60,000 nt of DNA. It comes from Lama glama. Lineage: Eukaryota. The notes beneath the pieces are model-generated. The model ran no database searches. It saw only the letters and a list, made by a program, of their open reading frames with translations, and was not told the DNA's origin. Below are positions 12,556 through 23,770 of the stretch, piece after piece. The number at the start of each line of letters is the position of its first letter. Positions within the stretch are counted from its first letter, which is position 1. Both the position numbers and the translations under genes were made by a program. The stretch covers positions 38,256,001 through 38,316,000 of the forward strand of contig CM052818.1 in assembly GCA_028534125.1 (NCBI GenBank), written 5' to 3'.

Positions 12556-13471
12556 CTGAGAAGGGCTTAATTTCCAGAATATATAAATAGTTCATACAAC
12601 TTAATAAGAAAAAAAAACCCAATCTAGAAATGGGCAGAAGATCTAAACAATTAATTCTCCCATGAAGACATACAAATGGCCAATAGGCACATGAAAATAT
12701 GCTCAATATCACTAATTATCAGAGAAATGCAAATCAAAACTACAATGAGGTTATCACCTCACACCAGTCAGAATGGCCACCATTCAAAAGTCCACAAACG
12801 ATAATGCTGGAGAGGGTGTGGAGAAAAGGGAACCTTCCTACATTTTTGGTGGGAATCTAGTCTGGTGTAGCTGTTATGGAAAACAGTATGGGTATTTCTC
12901 AAAAGACTAAAAATAGACTTATCATATGATCCAGCAATCCCACTCCTGGGCATATATCCAGAGGGAACCTTAATTCAAAAAGATACATGCGCCCCAATAT
13001 TCATAGCAGCACTATTTTCAACAGCCAATACATGGAAACAACCTAAATGTCCACCAGCAGATAACTGGATAAAGAAGTTGTGGTATATTTATACAATGGA
13101 ATACTACTCAGCCATAAAAAATAACAAAATAATGCCATTTGCAGCAATATGGATGGACCTGGAGATTGTCATTCTAAGTGAAGTAAGCCAGAAGAAGAAA
13201 TACCATGTATTATCACTTACATGTGGAATCTAAAAAGAAAAAAAGACAAACTTATTTACAAAACAGAAACAGGCTTACAGATGTAGAAAACAAACTAATG
13301 GTTACCAGTGGTGGAAGAGGGTAGGAAAGGATAAACTGAGAGTTCAAGATTTGCAAAATACTGATATATATAAAATAGATAAACAAGTTCATACTGTGTA
13401 GCACAGGGAATTATATTCAATATCTTATAGTAACTTATGGTGAAAAAGGATATATGTATGTAAAAAAAAAA
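12556..13471 (+). mobile_element. Young lineage-specific L1, 5'-truncated (ORF2 C-terminus plus 3' UTR)
   Basis: Well-preserved ORF2 end (atcagagaaatgcaaatcaaaactacaatgagg; tacaatggaatactactcagccataaaaa). Cetartiodactyl-type 3' UTR (gcacagggaattatattcaatatcttatagtaacttatggtgaaaaag) and an A10 tail. Confidence 0.95.
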
Positions 13472-13619
13472 GTGTATACTATTGGCCATGAAAAATACAT
13501 AGACTGCATCTTTAATAAACTTACAGACTCACTGGTGAACTCAGGCCGACATATGAGAAAAAATTAATAATTAGAGAATGTCCAAAGGAGAGGTGAGGGC
13601 TCTGGAGTCACTCAGATTC

Positions 13620-14500
13620 TCCCAGGTAAGGTAATACATTGTCTCTGCCCACAGAGATCTTACCATCTAGAAAGAGGCATTAGAGCCACAGAAAACCAGT
13701 TACAAATAAGCCTGCCAATTACTCTCAGTATTTGAGCAAAATGTTGTCGAAACACAGAGCAGGGAGGTGCTATTTCTTCTGAGTTGTTGAGGGAAGAAGG
13801 GGTTAGGAGAGTTTTGCTAAGGAGGTGATGGGGTGAGTGACCACTAGGTAAGAGAAAGCCAAATCAGCTCCCGTTTGGGGAGTAGCATGGAGACAGTGAT
13901 CCGACTGAGTGCGGGGCATGTTCAGTGTGTGATCATGAGTAAAGCTGTCAGTGTTTAGGGCTTTGGGGATGTAGGTCGAGAGATTAGAAGTGCGGAGCCT
14001 GGCATTAAACAAAAATTTGATCGTGGAATCACAGGCAGAGGGCTGGATACTGGCGCAATGGAAGCTATGGGCAAGAATGAAGCAAATGTCAAAAACTGCA
14101 GGACTGAGAACAGAACTTTGGGGAACATTCCTATTTAGAAGTCAAGCAGAGGAAGAGAGAAGTCAGCGAAGGGGATTCATCAAAGGGACGGAGTAGAGGC
14201 AGGCGCGCAGAGCACAGCAGATGTAAAAGGAAGTTAGAGACAAGGAGAGCAATCACCTGAGAAACAACTGCAGTGCTTGTTTAGCTGCCCAATGCTTCAA
14301 AAAGATCAAACAGGTTCCAGACCAAGCAGGACGTCAGCTCTGGGAACTAGGAGGTTACAGGTGATCATGCAGGCTGGGTTTGAAGGAACAACCGGGCTAG
14401 AAGCCAGACTGTAGAGGATTAAGGAGCAAATGGTCCCTGAAGACACGGAGGTAGCAGGGCCAAGTCTTGTAAAATAGCTGCACTGAAAGGAAAAGCATGA
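13620..14500 (-). mobile_element. Decayed L2 LINE
   Basis: Purine-rich antisense L2 motifs: ggactgagaacagaactttggggaacattcctatttagaagtcaagcagaggaag and aagccagactgtagaggattaaggag. Confidence 0.65.
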
Positions 14501-15147
14501 ATGTCCAGCCGGAGGTGGAGGGCAGCGAAGCAAGAAGAGGGGATAAGGAGCAGGATTTGATGATCTCCAATAGACCAGGTTCTGTGCAAGTAATTTTAAA
14601 TGTCACCTCTTTTAGTCCTCTCGACAGCACCCTATTTGACCACGAGGAAACCAAAGCTTGGAGTGGTGACCAAGTTTGAATAATTAGTAAACAGACAAAC
14701 TGAGACTCAATTCTAAGCTGCAGTTGCCAGTGTTTTGTTTCTGTCCATATCGGTGGGGTTTCTAGTAAAGGGAAGAAAAGAATAATTAAATTATTTGGAA
14801 TCAAAACCTTCTGAGATCCTTAATATATTACCTAACAGAACAGCTGTGAGGGGAGCTTAGGAGAAAGAAATGTCCTGACAAGTCGGGGGAATTCCTCTAT
14901 CAAGTTTAGCGTGTGACCTTGTGTGTGTGAAAGTCTCCAGGAATCTGACGCTACAACCTCATAAGCGATGTGACATGCAGGGCCCAGAACAGGCCCACCA
15001 TCAGGGCTAGGGGCCCCTGGGCTCCTGGTGGGACCTGGATGCCCTGATGCTACAGAACCTTCCAGTGACTCCCTGACGGTGGATTAGGGGTTGGTGGAGC
15101 AGAACCACATTCTCTTTGGACTCCACTCACTTCACCTGTTGTCTGGA

Positions 15148-15378
15148 GAGGCAGCACGGAGCAGGGTAACAGGCCTGGACTCTCAGCCAGACTGCCTGGG
15201 TTTGAGTCTTGGTTCTGCCACTTATCAGCTGTGTGACGTGTGCCATTGAGCAGAGGATTTAACTTCACTGTACCTCTGTTTTCTTATCTAATGGGGCTAA
15301 TTGTATGTAATAAGATTGTTATGATCATTAAATCTCTTAAATGTTTATAAAGCGCTAGTGCATTTGTTCAATAAATAA
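15148..15378 (+). mobile_element. MIR SINE
   Basis: agaggcagcacgg...ggactctcagccagactgcctgggtttgagtcttggttctgccacttatcagctgtgtgac...tttcttatctaatgggg. Confidence 0.85.
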
Positions 15379-15449
15379 ATCTGAGGCTGGTAATTATTCA
15401 ACCAACTTCTGTACTTATGACTTGGATAATATAAGGAATAAGAATATAC

Positions 15450-15620
15450 TTTTTGACCATTTGCAAATTTTTTTCACACACATCCCATTAAATTCCTACA
15501 GAATTTTGTTAGCCCCAGGCTTAGATAAGGAAACTGAGGCCAAAGAAGTCAGCTGACATGACTTTAGAGCAAGCCAAGCAAATCTCTGGGGGAAGCTGGG
15601 CTGAGAGTCCTCCTGCTTCC
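15450..15620 (-). mobile_element. MIR SINE fragment
   Basis: agataaggaaactgaggccaaagaagtcagctgac, the antisense MIR core. Confidence 0.6.
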
Positions 15621-15752
15621 TCTTTCAGAGTTTGTTGGCTCAAATGGACTGCTTCAAAATCTCCCTGCTGCTTCCTGCTAAGCTGGTGGTGCCTGACTAT
15701 TATATCTAACCCATTGGATGTAGATCCTCAAAGTATATATGCTTTGAAGCAG

Positions 15753-16205
15753 TGTGGTGGGCAGAATTATGGCTCCCCCTCAGATATGCCCACATCCTAA
15801 TCCCAGAACCCATGACTATGGTGAATACGTTACCTTACGTGGCAAAAGGACTATGTAGAGGTAAATTAGCTAAGGACCGTGGCATGGGAGGTATTTGGCC
15901 AACACAAACCCACACGGGGTACACCCCAAGTGAATTCTGGCACTGACCACCCGGCGTTAGTGCAGACCCCACAAGTCAAAGAGCACACCACAACAAGGCT
16001 TCCCCTGTTTCAAAGCTGCACAAGCTCCCTCAGGTTCCATAATTTGCTCGAATGACTCAGAACTCAGGACAGCACTCTACTTATAATGACAGTTTTTATT
16101 ATTAAGCCCACTCTGGACTTCTGACCTGCAGAACTGTAAAATAAAAAATTTGTGTTCCTTCCAGACTCTAGGTTTGTGGTAATTTGTGACCGCAGCAAAA
16201 GGACG
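15753..16205 (+). mobile_element. MaLR LTR (MLT1D/E-like), interrupted by a MER21-like fragment
   Basis: 5' end tgtggtgggcagaattatggctccccc...gttaccttacgtggcaaaaggact. 3' end tggacttctgacctgcagaactgtaaaataaaaaatttgtgtt...tttgtggtaatttgtgaccgcagcaaaagg. Confidence 0.85.
15905..16105. mobile_element. MER21-like LTR fragment
   Basis: aattctggcactgaccacccggcgttagtgcagaccccacaag and ctcaggttccataatttgctcgaatgactcagaactcagg resemble MER21B/C. Confidence 0.7.
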
Positions 16206-16214
16206 CCAACGCGG

Positions 16215-16420
16215 GCGGCATGACGACGCGGTGCTCAGGAGCACAGGCACCAAGGCTGCGCTGCCTAGGCCTGACTTCCAACTGCCCCCCCCACCAACTG
16301 TGTGGCCTTTTTACTCCTCCTGTCTCCATCGTATTATGCTGAATGGTTACGATGACGGAGATTTTAGGCAGAGAATGCTTAGAACAGTAACTGAAACTTA
16401 GTAGGCAGTCACTACTACTC
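16215..16420 (+). mobile_element. MIR SINE (decayed)
   Basis: gcggtgctcaggagcacaggc...ctgcctaggcctgacttccaactg and a 3' end atgcttagaacagtaactgaaacttagtaggcagtca. Confidence 0.6.
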
Positions 16421-17739
16421 AGTGTATAATGTTTAAAGTGTATGAAACTACTCAAACAAAAACACTAACAAAATTAGCCAACTCTCCGTGGGAAATCTGG
16501 TCCTGACCAACGTCCTCCCCGCCTTGTGGCCGCCTCAAGAGCCATCCTTCTGGAATCTTGATGCGTGGTTACGTTAAAATCAATCAGTTCCCTCCCCTTC
16601 CATTCCCTTCCCTTCCTTTCCTTCTTCCTTTCTCTGCCTCAAAAGGATTCAGGCAAATCACCACGAGCACCCTGGGCCGTGGAACCCTCGGCTTGGCCGC
16701 TCAGAGGTGACCCATGCATGTGCTTCCCTTGTCCTGCACTCTGCTCTGCACTGATCTGGGCTGGGGCCCAGCGATGGCAGAGGTGGCTCTATGCCCTGTC
16801 CTCTGGGGGTGCTGAGCCTTTAAGCCGCTGCCAGCCTGGCCAGACTCTCCAGTAGCTGAGTTCTGCTGGGCTCAGCCATCTCTTGGGGCTGCACACCCAC
16901 TCGAGTAGAGACGAGTCACCACTATCCTGGTGACTTCAGATGAAATTGAGCTTGGGGAAGCTCTACAATTCTGGAGAACAGGGTGCCTTAAAGCTCACCT
17001 TGGCCAACCATCTCATTTTACAGATAAAGAATATGAAAACTTTAGAGGACAACTGACTTATCTTAAGTCACTAAAATTCATTTTGGTCTAATTCAAACAT
17101 AGGCATTAGTTTAATTGTCATTTTACCGCCTGCCTCAGGTTTCAGCATGGCAGGAAAGCACCACTAAACCTCCTGAAGGGTTGTTCTAATCAACAGTCTT
17201 TAGACTCTGGCCTCACGCTATTGGCCTATGGAGGCAGCAGGGCAGGGACTGATCCTAGACGGCCAAGCTAATGTCTCATTCTGGTCCTCAGGCCACGAAT
17301 GGTTCAGAGTGATGGGCAGCCAGCTCCACAGGAACACAGCTGGGCGTGTGTTACAGTGAGGGACATGACATTTCACTGTAGAGCTTAAGCAGCGGAGAGT
17401 GAGTTCCAACTACGTACAAAAGAATAAATAAAAATTTTGGTTCCTAAATTTGATTTTGATTATGGGATTCATTTCAGGGCCAGCTGCTGCATGAGTGCTT
17501 GGCATGGCTTAGCAGTAGGAAGCAGTAAGGCAGCACACGGTTCTCAGCCTCTGCCCCGGGGAGGAGCACGCCTCTCTCCCGCTAAAGCTCTGACCGATAG
17601 GTAAGCGCGAGGTCAGTAGGACTGGTCTGCTGGGACTGTAGAGAAGACCAGGCCACTCACAAGACTGTCTCTGCCAGTCACCCTGATGGGAAAACTGAGG
17701 CATGCAGAGATCAGCTGTGTAACAACCTTCCTCACCAAC

Positions 17740-18185
17740 CCGCTTTGCCTTCCATCGACTGCAGGATAAAGTCAAGACATCATGCTAGCGTTACAAGCTG
17801 TAGACTTCTCCACTGGTTTTTCCACTTCCTCTTTCGGCATTTCCTCTGTGTACCTTCCCCTCAGCTATCCTAAATGCACGGCCACTGCGGAACCTCAGCT
17901 CACCAGAACTTTCAACTTTCCTGGGCTTTCGGCCACGCTGACATAACATCCCAGAACATCCTCCAAAGACCACATCCCCTTTGCTCATCCACCTCATATA
18001 GACCCACTCATCCTCCGTGAACCAGCTCAAATGTCACCTCCCCTTGAAGCCCTCCCTAACCTCTGAGGCAGTCAGTGTCCCCCTCTACCAAAGAGCAGAG
18101 AATATACTTCCTTTTTTGCCTTTTTAATCCCAGTTCCAAGCACAGGGTAGGTTCCTGATCCATGTTTACTGAATGGATAAATGAG
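17740..18185 (+). mobile_element. L2 LINE 3' end
   Basis: caggataaagtcaagac; cagctcaaatgtcacctccccttgaagccctccctaacc; tail gcacagggtaggttcctgatccatgtttactgaatggataaatga. Confidence 0.75.
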
Positions 18186-20140
18186 CAGTAGACACTAACA
18201 TTCACTGAATGACCGACCACGGCGACACTCTCTGCTAAGTGCTGTGCCCACATTCTCTCCATCACCACACGGCCACCGTACCTGGGTCATTCTATGTGCA
18301 CGAGGCAGGCCTGAGCCAGCAAAGCCTCGCTGCTTTTCTGGCACTGCTTTCCCAGGAGCACCAAAGAATGAGGAAGATGATGCAACATCACTGCCCCATT
18401 CTGAGAACCCGCAAGATCTCCCTGAGGGTCCAAGTGCATGTATTAGATTGTTGTGGCCTCCTCAAGTCGCCTCATTTCCCTGAGGTGTGCCTTTTATCAG
18501 CGAAAATGCATCCTTACACCACCAGAGCAGGCGAACCGCAGCTCCCGCCTCCCTCCCCGCCCTCTGCAGAGGCCCTTGGTTGGTTGTGGCCTGGTGCGCC
18601 CCCCAGGCTGCAGCCTGACTCCTGGCTTCAAAGACCAGCATTTCACCCTCAATGGTTCTCCAGGCTTCATCCGCAATCATTCGCCCCCAGTCGTCTGGCT
18701 TTCCCTGCCCTCCTTGAGGCTTTGCATCTGTCTCTTTTCAGTTTGTCTGCCGCTTCGCTCACCTACTTAGAAGTCAAAAGTTCATAATTTCACTTATTGG
18801 GAGAATGAATAGCCCACATGGAGGCACACGTAAACATTCTAAAATACCCAAATAAGATGCCCAGCATACACATGACCTGAAAGACATTTCTAGAACGTGT
18901 TACCATCTTTCTGAAAGCTGAAGTAAAAGCAAAGCCTAGCCAGAGACTAGAGCGAGGCAGCAAAGTTCTGACCTTACCTAACTCATGACTCCAGCTGCTC
19001 ATGGCCTCGCCAGTTGTGCTATATATACTCTTATGCACGTTCGAGAAATTCACAGAGCCTCAGAATCACTGCTCTGAAATCTCCACCATCATTTTAAGTA
19101 GGACATTAAGAGATTTCATGTTGCTTAAACACTCTAATGGAAGGAATCTTGAATGACACTATTTAAATCAGCAGAAAACTGTCCTGATTTCCATTTCCAA
19201 CAGCCACAGGCTTGAAGAAGGATGAGGAGACAGGCAGCCAAGGTCCCCTCAGAGTGATTGACAACTGTGGCTGCATCTGAGGACAGCCAGGCACTGCAGG
19301 CAGACACGGGGTGCCCGACCTCATTGATTTTTGTAACAGGTCACTCCCACCCAAGCTCATTGTTCTTTCTCCTAGGAACACACAGGCCCAGGGGCAAAGG
19401 GAGGTCTGTATCATGTTTCAATAAGCACTACCTGAATCCATATAAGCATATGATTCTATCTAAAACTCAATAATTCACTGAACTGGCATCCTTTTAGCAT
19501 CTCTGCAGTCAATGCCTCTCAGAGAACAGCGCTACAATTGAACTAGAAAATTAGAGCTTTTAGCTGGACTCCCTGGAGGTGCATATGTAAAACAGAATAA
19601 TAAATGATTGTCATTTCAGTTCAGAGCATAGAATTAATCAAGGCAAAAGAGGGAGTCTGAAGTCCTGTGGGAAGAGCCACCACGGGTCACTGGTCACCAT
19701 CATTTGCCAGCAACGAGATGAGCAATGGAAGAGCCTGTCTCCTTTGTAACCAGGACTGTGTGGAGTATCCGTGGCTGCATGTAACCTTTAGAGAAACTAC
19801 CAATGGGAAAATTATTTCCCAGTGCATTTTTTTTTCTGCTAAAAAATTCAAAAGCCTAGCCTCAGGCAGTAGAAACACAATCAGGCCACAAACATGATGA
19901 ACATACTTGTCGCTCCCTCCAGGCAGGGAAGGGGACAAGAAAGGCACCCCAGAGCCCTCAGGGAGGCATGATGAGCAAGGCAGAGGCTGTGAGAGCTTCC
20001 AGAAGCCTCTCTTTGACCAGATCACTTAGATCGCTGAAGGAGCATCAGTCCAGACTGCTTTAGACGGAGAAAACCTAATGGCCAGCTGCAACAGGAATGG
20101 CCAAGCATTTTGAGAGCTAGTTGGAACATATGTCTATGAG

Positions 20141-20640
20141 NNNNNNNNNNNNNNNNNNNNNNNNNNNNNNNNNNNNNNNNNNNNNNNNNNNNNNNNNNNN
20201 NNNNNNNNNNNNNNNNNNNNNNNNNNNNNNNNNNNNNNNNNNNNNNNNNNNNNNNNNNNNNNNNNNNNNNNNNNNNNNNNNNNNNNNNNNNNNNNNNNNN
20301 NNNNNNNNNNNNNNNNNNNNNNNNNNNNNNNNNNNNNNNNNNNNNNNNNNNNNNNNNNNNNNNNNNNNNNNNNNNNNNNNNNNNNNNNNNNNNNNNNNNN
20401 NNNNNNNNNNNNNNNNNNNNNNNNNNNNNNNNNNNNNNNNNNNNNNNNNNNNNNNNNNNNNNNNNNNNNNNNNNNNNNNNNNNNNNNNNNNNNNNNNNNN
20501 NNNNNNNNNNNNNNNNNNNNNNNNNNNNNNNNNNNNNNNNNNNNNNNNNNNNNNNNNNNNNNNNNNNNNNNNNNNNNNNNNNNNNNNNNNNNNNNNNNNN
20601 NNNNNNNNNNNNNNNNNNNNNNNNNNNNNNNNNNNNNNNN
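20141..20640. other. Assembly gap (exactly 500 N)
   Basis: Run of 500 N; the round size indicates a placeholder scaffold join. Confidence 0.99.
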
Positions 20641-21899
20641 AATACCACTTAGTGAGCTGTTATTGGTCTGAAACTGTCTTATTGCTTTGTGGAAAGAAAT
20701 TGCAGGAAGAATTTTTAGATATTGATATCTGTTTGTGAGAGAAAAGTACAGTCATTCATAGCGGGGTTTTGACAGGTCAATTTTGGAGAGAGATTCACCC
20801 ACCTGGAATCTGCGCTTTCTTATCTTCAAATGTCTGGCTTTGCCCAGATTCACAAGATGGGCTCTGGAATCTTTGACCATCTTCTCTCCCAGCCCAGCCC
20901 TGCCCGAAATTTGAGGAAAATATTTCCATTTGCTTTAGATCAGTGTAATCACTCATTCTCCAATTGATTTCATTTGTAAATGGGAACCTCGCTGATTGTG
21001 TTATTCTGCGTTATTAAACATTGTCTGTTTCCAGATGGTCTACAGAGCAGGTCTGAGCTGAGAGAGCGTGTCGTTGGGCTGGGTTAATCTATCACTGGGG
21101 GCACATGTTCTGCAGGTTCACTTTCAATAACTGGTCTGTGTTTTTCCAAATGGATTTACATTTTTATGTTCGACTGATGACTTCTCTAGAGACACATACC
21201 ATGAACGTCTGGCTCACTATTATTACATGTACAAGTCATAAAGCTATGTAATAAGACTCATAAAAACATGCAAATAGTCCTTTTCCAGGGAGAAAAGGAA
21301 CATGATTAGCCCTAAAATCAGAAGCTTTGCAAAGCTGATTGCTCTGCAAGAAATGACAGAAAGGAAGATGGAACTTCCCCTGGGATGTCCATTCCTAGAT
21401 AAATGATAAGGCAGACAGAGAGACAGACCCCAAAACTACAGAATTTTGTGTGGCTGGGAAGCCACCTCTAGTGGTCAGGAGAAAACGGGTCCTGGACTGT
21501 CCTGCCGAGGCTAGAACATGCTCTCCCTGCTCCCCACCACGGACCCCGAAGGCAGCCCCCTCATTCACACTCTCCACCTCTAGGAACTCAATCTGGAGGC
21601 CCACCTCTCCATTTCAAATTCTTTTTTCACTCCTCCCATCCACAGTGGCCCCTCTCTACTGGAGCCTTCTGACTTATCATACTCAGCTCTTGATTTTATA
21701 TTCAGCCTGTGCTTTCTCTTCTCTGGGAGGGTCCACGACTATTTCCTCAAAAAATTTTCAAGCTCTTCCAGGATGTATAGACTTCTTCGTCATTCACCAT
21801 CCCACCCACAGGCCCTGCATTTGCGAGAGCTCATGCAGTAGCTGCTCCAGTCAGTAGACCCTCAATGAAAGCTGCACGCATTAGCTGTTCAAAGCCTGT

Positions 21900-22515
21900 T
21901 CACAATGGATTCTCTGCGTCCCTTCATGCTACCTTCAATCCATTCTTCATACTGCAGACACAGTGAATTTTTTAATGCAAAGCTGATCACATCAACTCCC
22001 AGTTTAATAACCCACCTGACAAAGCCCTCCTGAGTCCTGCTGAGTCTAACTCCTGCTCCTCCCCGGCTCACCTTCTCTCTCTCTGTCACAGCTCTCCCTG
22101 CTCCACACACACACAGCTGCTTTCACTCCTTGCACGCCAGGATTCCTCCTGCTTCAGACAACTTAGTCAGGCTGTTCCTTCTGTCTACAGGGCTGTTCCC
22201 CTGTCTATCAACAGTTAACATCTACTAAGTGATCTACTCATCATTGAATTCTCAATGATTAAATACCCTTCTCTCTGGAGTTCTTCCCTGATCCTGTAAA
22301 CCACCTGAAACCTTTCTATTCTGCATTCACACAGCACCTGATACTTCTCCTCTGTAGTAGTTTGCATAGTTATAAGCCATTTATATATGGGACTAATTTC
22401 TATTGACCTCTGGGTCAATGACAGGGACTTTACATCATTTATCACTGCAGCCTAGAGCCCAGCATAGATTCTGGAATGCAACAGGCCCTCAATAAATACT
22501 CCTTAATAAATAAAA
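21900..22515 (+). mobile_element. L2 LINE 3' end
   Basis: caatccattcttcatactgcag...aatgcaaagctgatcacatcaactccc; tail cctagagcccagcatagattctggaatgcaacaggccctcaataaata. Confidence 0.8.
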
Positions 22516-22779
22516 ACCCCAATATGTGATACATTTTAATTTGCCCCTCCATCCCAGGTCTTCTTCTGGCCCAGGCACCTTAAGTCTTTGGTAAAATGTT
22601 GACCACAGGTACTTCAACACAACGTCACACCTACAACCACCAAGCCCCACAGCTGCCCCCGGGATGCCCAGATCACTCTCGGTATCTGGTCCTTATAACC
22701 TCCCTCAGCTACGTAACCAGACAACAAGGAAGCCAGAAGACCTAAAGGGGCATGGGGGGCAGTGCATGGGAGAGTCTTG

Positions 22780-23770
22780 ACACTGCTAAGAGATACTGTC
22801 TTCTGGAAATGTCCTCTCTGGCTGGCTGCACTGCTACCACATTCCCCTGGGCTTCCTCTTCCCCTTCTGATCTCTCCAGCTTCTTTCACAGGCCCATTGA
22901 CCGAGGTCTGTCTTTGAAATGTGAATGATCTATTCTCAGACCTACTCTTAGGGCTCTCTCTTGTCACTTTGAGCCTCGGGCCTATATATGTCCAGCCACC
23001 TCCAGCAGCTCTCCTACAGACACCTCAGTTCATGTCAAAGTAAACACTTCCTTTTCATTTTCCACTCACAAACAAAGTAAGATAGAATAAAAACCCTTCT
23101 CCCCACGCTGGGTTCCCCATTTCAGGGAATGAAATCACTTTGGGTTCTTTGTGAGTCAAGGTACCCAACTTTGAGTCATCCTCGACCATGTCTCAATCCC
23201 TGCAACCAACTCGTCACCAAGTCCTACTGGTATCGCCTCCTACATGTCTCTCAAATCTGCTGGGTTCCCTGCCATGCCCACTGCTGCTACCCAGTTCGGC
23301 AGCAGCATCTTTCACCTGGACAACTGAGACAGCTTCCTGCCCAGTCACTCTGCCCCCTGTAATTGCTTTAAGTATGAACCAATTTCCACATCGCAGCCAG
23401 AGTGATATTTCTAAAATAAAAATCTGATCATGCCACTTCCCTGACCAACCCATCACTGACTCTCCACTGCTTTCCACATTAAATCCTGTATCACAGCACG
23501 GCATTCTCCTTCCCCTTCCTCAGATGCTGTGCTCCAGCCATCCTGAACCCCTCCCTTCCTCAGCCTGACTTAGTTTTACATGCATTCCTCCCTCTGCCTG
23601 TGCATTCCTACTTGATCTTCAGGTTAACATAGATAACTACCTTTTCTGTAAAGACATCCTGATTCTGCCTGGATTAGGGTCGCCGCCATCCTCCTCTGTG
23701 CTCTCACAGCAACCAGCCACCTGCATTAACCCCATGCTTACTCCAGGAGTACTCACTATTTTAATTTCTA
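22780..23770 (+). mobile_element. L2 LINE fragment
   Basis: caccaagtcctactggtatcgcctcctacatgtctctcaaatc; ttccacatcgcagccagagtgatatttctaaaataaaaatctgatcatgccacttccctg. Confidence 0.8.

Noticed and set aside
18239..18787. 182-aa ORF
   Set aside because: Non-ATG start within a MIR edge, no recognisable domain, and overlapping ORFs in other frames as expected for GC-rich chance ORFs.
20022..20738. Two ~205-aa ORFs, the longest in the track
   Set aside because: Artefacts of translating through the 500-N gap.
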